Source: an uncultured archaeon (GTDB lineage: Archaea; Asgardarchaeota; Jordiarchaeia; Jordiarchaeales; Jordiarchaeaceae). Taken from it: a DNA stretch of 11,483 nt. The notes beneath the pieces are model-generated. The model made no database searches, had not been told where the DNA came from, and saw only the letters and a program-made list of their open reading frames with translations. Within the stretch, counting starts at the first letter, position 1. Every line of letters begins with the position of its first letter. Where the stretch lies: positions 1-11,483 of the forward strand of contig CAZECW010000011.1 of assembly GCA_964510585.1 (NCBI GenBank). The letters run 5' to 3'. A program made the translations under genes and the position numbers. Below, in pieces: positions 7,623 to 11,483 of this stretch.

Positions 7623-8849
7623 CTAAATTACTCCTAGGTTGCGTATCCAGGGCTGGAGCTCTTCTCCCAATAAGTTTAGGACATTGCTTTTTTCCATATT
7701 GGGCAGCACGCTGGCTATGTAGAATATTTTATCCTCCCACTCTAATGGTTTGCAAACAATGATTTCGTTTGGTCCTAACTCTAGGGATAGGGTGCTGATG
7801 TTTAGATGGTAATTTTTGGTTAAGTTTTCCCCGAGGCATATTATTCCCATGGTGGCGGTTGTCAATACTTCTTTGGTATCTGATGAGTAATCTGCTATTA
7901 GTAGAGCCCTATTATCAAATAGCATCAAATGTGTGCTTCCCAGTAGGTCTCCATAGTCCTTCAGTATTTCCTCAATCACCGGTATAGTGCCAATGCTTTT
8001 CCTTAGGGCTGACGAAAAGCTCAGAAATAATTTATCGCTTCTAAAAATACTCGTGTTATCTATGTGGTAGCGATTGATGTGGTGCTTCCTAAAAAGCTTG
8101 GCAATGTCCCTTTTGAGCTGCTCGATTCTCTCCCCCTCCTCCTGTGACACAGAACCCTCTGAATCTGACTTGTGAAGAAAAACTGTAGTGTAGGGAGCTT
8201 CGCCCGCTTTATTGTAAATGCCAAGGATACTCTCAAGGTAGCTTAGCGCCTCATTGTACCTTTCATAATCTTGGAGGTCGAGTACAAAAATTAGCAAATC
8301 TGTGTGGGCGAAAATCTCTCCATTTCCCTCAAAGTACTTTGTCCTATATTGTCCCCTTCCACCCAAATCGTATAGTTCCACCTGCATCCAACCAAATAAA
8401 GCAGCTTCCTCTCTATGTAGGCCTTCGGTTGGTCCTGTTTCGGTGGGAATCTGCTGATTTTTGGCGGCGGGTTCACATTTTGTTAGTGTGTGTATGATTG
8501 CGGTTTTCCCCGCATTGTCCAGCCCGGCAAAAACTATTTTTTTCGGTTCCTTAAACTTTCCTTCACCGACCGCCACAAGAATCTTCGCCGCATATATCCA
8601 CTTCTCAAGCTGAGACTTTTTAATTCCCGTAAGTTGACTTAGAGATTTGGCGTCTTGCTGTGAAAGTTTCTTAACATTAACAATTTTGAGGTCTTTCAAG
8701 CTTTTGACAGTCTCAGAATCTATTCCTACAATGATTTGAGGCGAGGATTTAGGAATCTTCTCGACCTCCATACGCTCCTTGACTAGAAAACCTCTTAATC
8801 TCTCAAAACTCATAAAAGGGGCAACCCCCATTTCTAAACAAATATCCAT
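7623..8849 (-). CDS. Small GTPase (Arf-like G1, Rag-like G4/G5) with N-terminal helix-hairpin-helix-like domain and C-terminal roadblock/longin-like domain
   Basis: G1 GLDNAGKT (aa109-116), G2 GPTEG, G3 DLGGR, G4 HKSD, G5 TSI. N-terminal IVGIDSETVKSL..IVNVKKL..QDAKSLSQLTGIKKSQLEKW resembles RadA-N/HhH repeats. C-terminal helix then MLFDNRALLIAD resembles roadblock folds. The start may be the downstream ATG at 8813 (GGGGGT upstream). Confidence 0.85.
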   Translation of the reverse strand: MDICLEMGVAPFMSFERLRGFLVKERMEVEKIPKSSPQIIVGIDSETVKSLKDLKIVNVKKLSQQDAKSLSQLTGIKKSQLEKWIYAAKILVAVGEGKFKEPKKIVFAGLDNAGKTAIIHTLTKCEPAAKNQQIPTETGPTEGLHREEAALFGWMQVELYDLGGRGQYRTKYFEGNGEIFAHTDLLIFVLDLQDYERYNEALSYLESILGIYNKAGEAPYTTVFLHKSDSEGSVSQEEGERIEQLKRDIAKLFRKHHINRYHIDNTSIFRSDKLFLSFSSALRKSIGTIPVIEEILKDYGDLLGSTHLMLFDNRALLIADYSSDTKEVLTTATMGIICLGENLTKNYHLNISTLSLELGPNEIIVCKPLEWEDKIFYIASVLPNMEKSNVLNLLGEELQPWIRNLGVI

Positions 8850-8977
8850 AAAAATTTTCAGCTATTTAATATACTTAGAGAAACTCAGTAATTATAACCC
8901 TTTTGTTGTCCTTACCGAAACAAAAAGGGTATGCTCCAACCCAAAAACCATCAAAAACATAAAAAACTGATAAAGTG

Positions 8978-8994
8978 TGAAAAGCATTTATTAA
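8978..8994 (+). promoter_or_regulatory. Candidate BRE-TATA promoter for the vWA gene
   Basis: Purine run GAAAAG followed by TTTATTAA (8987-8994), about 60 nt before ATG 9056. GAGG RBS precedes the start. Confidence 0.4.
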
Positions 8995-9055
8995 TCCCGA
9001 ATCTAAATAAAACACAGGAAAAACTCTCAACAACGAGAATGCGAGGCAAAACAAA

Positions 9056-10339
9056 ATGGAACTCGAAATAGTTAAAGCCGGCGAAACCGAAGGCGCAGCA
9101 TTCATCAACCCCGAAACCGCAAAAGCCGCAGGAATCTATGAAGGAAACATAATACTATTCGAAGACCCCACCACCGGAAATTTTGGAGCAGCACCAGTAT
9201 ACACCGACAAAAAAGTAGAGAAAAACAAAATAAAAATAGACTCAACCCTCGTAGAATCCAGCGGACTTGACGAAGGCTTCACAGTCACAGTCAAAAACTA
9301 CACAGGAAAACTACAACCCCTAAGAAAAATAGTAATAGGAGTAGAACCCCTAAGCGGACAACCCCCCGAAGAAGTATTCAAACAAGCCCAAGAAAGAAGG
9401 AGCGAACTCAAAAAACTGCTAAACAAAAGAGTAATCTTCAAAAAAATGAAACTCAGATGGAAAGAACTCGAATCCAACATATCCATAGAGTCCACAGAAC
9501 CCGAACTTAAAGGACAAGAATTCGCCCTAGTCAACTGGCCCGAAATAGAAAGAGCAGAAATAGTACCCATAGGACCAGCCATGCCCTTCAACGCCATACT
9601 CCTCATCGACGTATCAGGAAGCATGAGCACCAAAGACATGAAAGTCGTCAACATAGCACCCGCCAGAGAAGGAATAGTCAGCCTCCTAGAATCAGAACAA
9701 ATCTCAAACTTCCTCAGCAGATTCGAAGAAGGAGAAGAAGTAAAAAGAAGACATGGAGCAGCATTCGCCGCACTACTATACCTAGCAGAAAAAGTAGGAC
9801 GAGGATACGGCGAAAAAGTAGCCATAGCCACCTACCACGACGAGGCCAAAATCATAAAATTCGACGGAAACGACTACTACGAAGCCGCCACCGGAAAAAT
9901 AGACCAAGTAGCAGAAACCATACTAACAGAGGTCGCATACAAGACAGGAGGGTATACTAACATGAGTGACGCTCTTCGGAAGGCGATAAGCATTCTTAAG
10001 AGGTCGTTTAGGGGTTCCGGGCAGAACATGATTATCTTTATGACGGATGGCTTTCCGCAGGGTACAGATACTGAGGAAGCTGTTATGTCCATTGTGGAGA
10101 AGGAGCTGGCTGCGCTTCCCAATGTGGTTCTTTACACTGTGGGAGTTGGTGGAGAGGTTAATGATAGATTGATGGAGAACATCGCCACTGCGACTGGCGG
10201 AGTGTACTTTAAGGCTACTGATTTGGGTAAGCTTCTCAACTGGTACAGCGAACTGGCTAGAACCTTCACGAAGGCGGTTCACCAGAAGGAGAAGAAGCCA
10301 GAGGGAGAAGCCCCCACACCTGAAACTGAAGCCGAATAA
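9056..10339 (+). CDS. CDC48/p97/NSF-type N-domain (double-psi beta-barrel plus second subdomain) fused to a von Willebrand A domain; no AAA module
   Basis: vWA with intact MIDAS: LLIDVSGSM (9608), GGYTNMSDAL, FMTDGFP, LYTVGVG, ATATGGVYF. aa1-82 (AFINPETAKAAGIYEGNII...KIKID..SGLDEGFTVTVK) follow the CDC48_N pattern; aa85-172 (KIVI..P...LKKLLNKRV...IESTEP) follow CDC48_2. The vWA call is firm and the N-domain call is moderate. Confidence 0.8.
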   Translation: MELEIVKAGETEGAAFINPETAKAAGIYEGNIILFEDPTTGNFGAAPVYTDKKVEKNKIKIDSTLVESSGLDEGFTVTVKNYTGKLQPLRKIVIGVEPLSGQPPEEVFKQAQERRSELKKLLNKRVIFKKMKLRWKELESNISIESTEPELKGQEFALVNWPEIERAEIVPIGPAMPFNAILLIDVSGSMSTKDMKVVNIAPAREGIVSLLESEQISNFLSRFEEGEEVKRRHGAAFAALLYLAEKVGRGYGEKVAIATYHDEAKIIKFDGNDYYEAATGKIDQVAETILTEVAYKTGGYTNMSDALRKAISILKRSFRGSGQNMIIFMTDGFPQGTDTEEAVMSIVEKELAALPNVVLYTVGVGGEVNDRLMENIATATGGVYFKATDLGKLLNWYSELARTFTKAVHQKEKKPEGEAPTPETEAE

Positions 10340-10346
10340 ACAAGCT

Positions 10347-10363
10347 CCCCCCTTTTATTTTTA
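10347..10363 (+). terminator. Likely oligo-T terminator of the vWA gene
   Basis: CCCCCCTTTTATTTTT directly after the stop codon. Confidence 0.4.
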
Positions 10364-10455
10364 TGCTTTATCCTAAAGTTCACTTACTGCTAAACAACTC
10401 TCTAACTTTGTTTATTTGAAAAAATGGTTGTGTGCTCGCCAGAGGGGTTGAAGGG

Positions 10456-10632
10456 CAATGTCATTAAGTTAAGCTTAAATTCTTTTCTTATACTTGTGGG
10501 GATGTAGTTTTAGGAGTTTTTTATCCTCTATTTTGGATTCATACTTTAAAAAGAAGATCCATTAAACGCGCCTTTTTGAGGCGGAACAAAAACGAGAATG
10601 CATCACCCTAATACCTTAACTTAATGCCATTG
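10456..10632. mobile_element. 177-bp MITE, probably derived from the IS4 family
   Basis: TIRs CAATGTCATTAAGTTAAG (10456-10473) and CTTAACTTAATGCCATTG (10615-10632) match 17/18. They are flanked by an exact 11-bp direct repeat GGGTTGAAGGG (10445-10455 and 10633-10643). There is no ORF in the core. Confidence 0.88.
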
Positions 10633-10907
10633 GGGTTGAAGGGTGCTGGTCAGGTGAAACCTTTAGGAGTCAGACTTATTTTTATCCTAACAATTTTTTA
10701 ATTCTTATTTTGTATCTTTGTGGGTGACTGGTATTTAATAAAAATTGGGATAAAAGAAAGTGGGAGGGGCTTTTTATTTTGGTCGCCCTTCTACACCCTT
10801 TTTAGTCTCTCTCCGAGAAATAGTTTTGTTACAGTTTTAAGTTTTACTGGTTCTCTTTTGTTTATCTGAGCGTTTTGGGTATTTTTGGTTGCTTTTGTTT
10901 TGGTGCT

Positions 10908-11186
10908 TTATTTCGTTAGTGTTATTGTCATTGCGGATACGTTGCTTTGCCCTCGGTCGTTTTCTATGGTTTCGGTGCCGATCTCGATGCTTTTTACTTT
11001 TACGTCTGAAAGGAATCTTTCTCTTGTGATTTCTGCTACGTCTACGGCTCGGCTGATGGCTCTTCCTCGAGCCTTTATTGAGACTTCCTTTGTCCCCTTA
11101 TTGAATTGGGTTATTACTGCCAAAACATAGTTCATGGTTGGTTTACTATTTCCGACAAATACGGTATTTTCGTCACTTTCCGGCAT
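10908..11186 (-). CDS. albA: Alba (Sac10b family) chromatin DNA/RNA-binding protein
   Basis: [28 protein letters not shown] and NVSAMTITL are Alba signatures. The start is placed at ATG 11186 (92 aa) because GGTGA lies 5 nt upstream; the ORF track begins at GTG 11198. Confidence 0.95.
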   Translation of the reverse strand: MPESDENTVFVGNSKPTMNYVLAVITQFNKGTKEVSIKARGRAISRAVDVAEITRERFLSDVKVKSIEIGTETIENDRGQSNVSAMTITLTK

Positions 11187-11284
11187 TTTCTTCACCACAC
11201 TTTACTTAATTGTGCTTTTTGCTAGTTTTTCAAAAATTGTTTACATTGTTGCGTCTAGATGTTAACATTAGTTTATTATACGCA

Positions 11285-11300
11285 CTTATAAAAATTTTCA
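11285..11300. promoter_or_regulatory. Candidate TATA box in the divergent alba / downstream-gene promoter
   Basis: The - strand reads GAAAA-TTTTTATAAG (BRE-TATA-like, towards alba). The + strand reads CTTATAAA over the same bases. Confidence 0.4.
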
Positions 11301-11419
11301 TGTTTTTTTCTGACACTATGTTCCTCGTTAGTGAATTTTTGTAAAAAAAATGGGGGGTTAATGGAAAGAAATTTGTACGGGAGGGAGGTACCGTTATACC
11401 AAAAAGGTGATACGCGTCT

Positions 11420-11483
11420 ATGACGCAAACAACAGTACCTCCCACAGATTACGGCTTCATCCCTGTCGGTTCTCTGCCCAACA
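11420..11483 (+). CDS. 5' end of a probable gene running off the window (MTQTTVPPTDYGFIPVGSLPN...)
   Basis: AAGGTGA RBS ends 9 nt before ATG 11420, and the frame is open to the window edge. G.LP resembles the N-terminus of some archaeal radical SAM proteins (G-x-L-P-x-G-C-x-x-C), but only 21 codons are visible. Confidence 0.55.
   Translation, partial: MTQTTVPPTDYGFIPVGSLPN

Noticed and set aside
9298-10282. Several long antisense ORFs (177, 81 and 119 aa) within the vWA gene, and similar shadow ORFs in other genes
   Set aside because: They have no protein motifs, fully overlap strong genes, and are expected from the extreme codon bias.
10424-10700. 29-aa ORF (MVVCSPEGLKGAGQVKPLGVRLIFILTIF) restored when the MITE and one TSD copy are removed
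   Set aside because: Short, no RBS and no motif, so consistent with chance.
10791-10907. 38-codon in-frame open stretch after the alba stop codon (possible read-through)
   Set aside because: The - strand here is T-poor, so the absence of stop codons is expected. The stop is TAA with no recoding signal.
11383-11483. RNase P RNA, SRP RNA, rRNA or a second TnpB end as the identity of the right-edge structure
   Set aside because: Only partial resemblance (ACAGATTACGGCTT to the RNase P 3' conserved region; LGREPTGMKP* to TnpB tails). The required conserved motifs and an IS-type terminus are absent, and an RBS plus open frame explains the region more simply.
1-11483. CRISPR arrays, tRNA and rRNA genes
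   Set aside because: No regularly spaced repeats, cloverleaf with T-loop consensus, or rRNA signature sequences were seen.

Overview
Archaeal genomic DNA (Alba gene, GGTGA/GAGGTG/GGAGG ribosome-binding sites, TTG/GTG starts). It is probably from an Asgard archaeon, an inference from the Arf/Rag-like GTPase with a roadblock/longin-type C-terminus. The window starts with the right end of an IS200/IS605-family element (1-139: hairpin array, GAAT guide motif, subterminal hairpin, TCAA end) inserted antisense into a lipoate-ligase-like gene. A metabolic stretch follows: PLP aminotransferase, LLM/F420-type oxidoreductase, Pat-like GNAT, radical SAM, agmatinase and Zn-dependent dehydrogenase. Next is a head-to-head pair of unusual multidomain proteins: an HhH-GTPase-roadblock protein whose switch-II Gln is replaced by Arg, and a CDC48/p97-N-domain-vWA fusion with no ATPase. 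The window ends with a 177-bp MITE (18-bp TIRs, 11-bp TSD), alba, and the start of a divergent gene whose RBS and AUG lie inside a three-stem RNA structure. Third-codon-position composition flips abruptly between A/C and G/T on a kb scale, including inside the vWA gene. All family calls come from motif recognition by eye; no searches were run.
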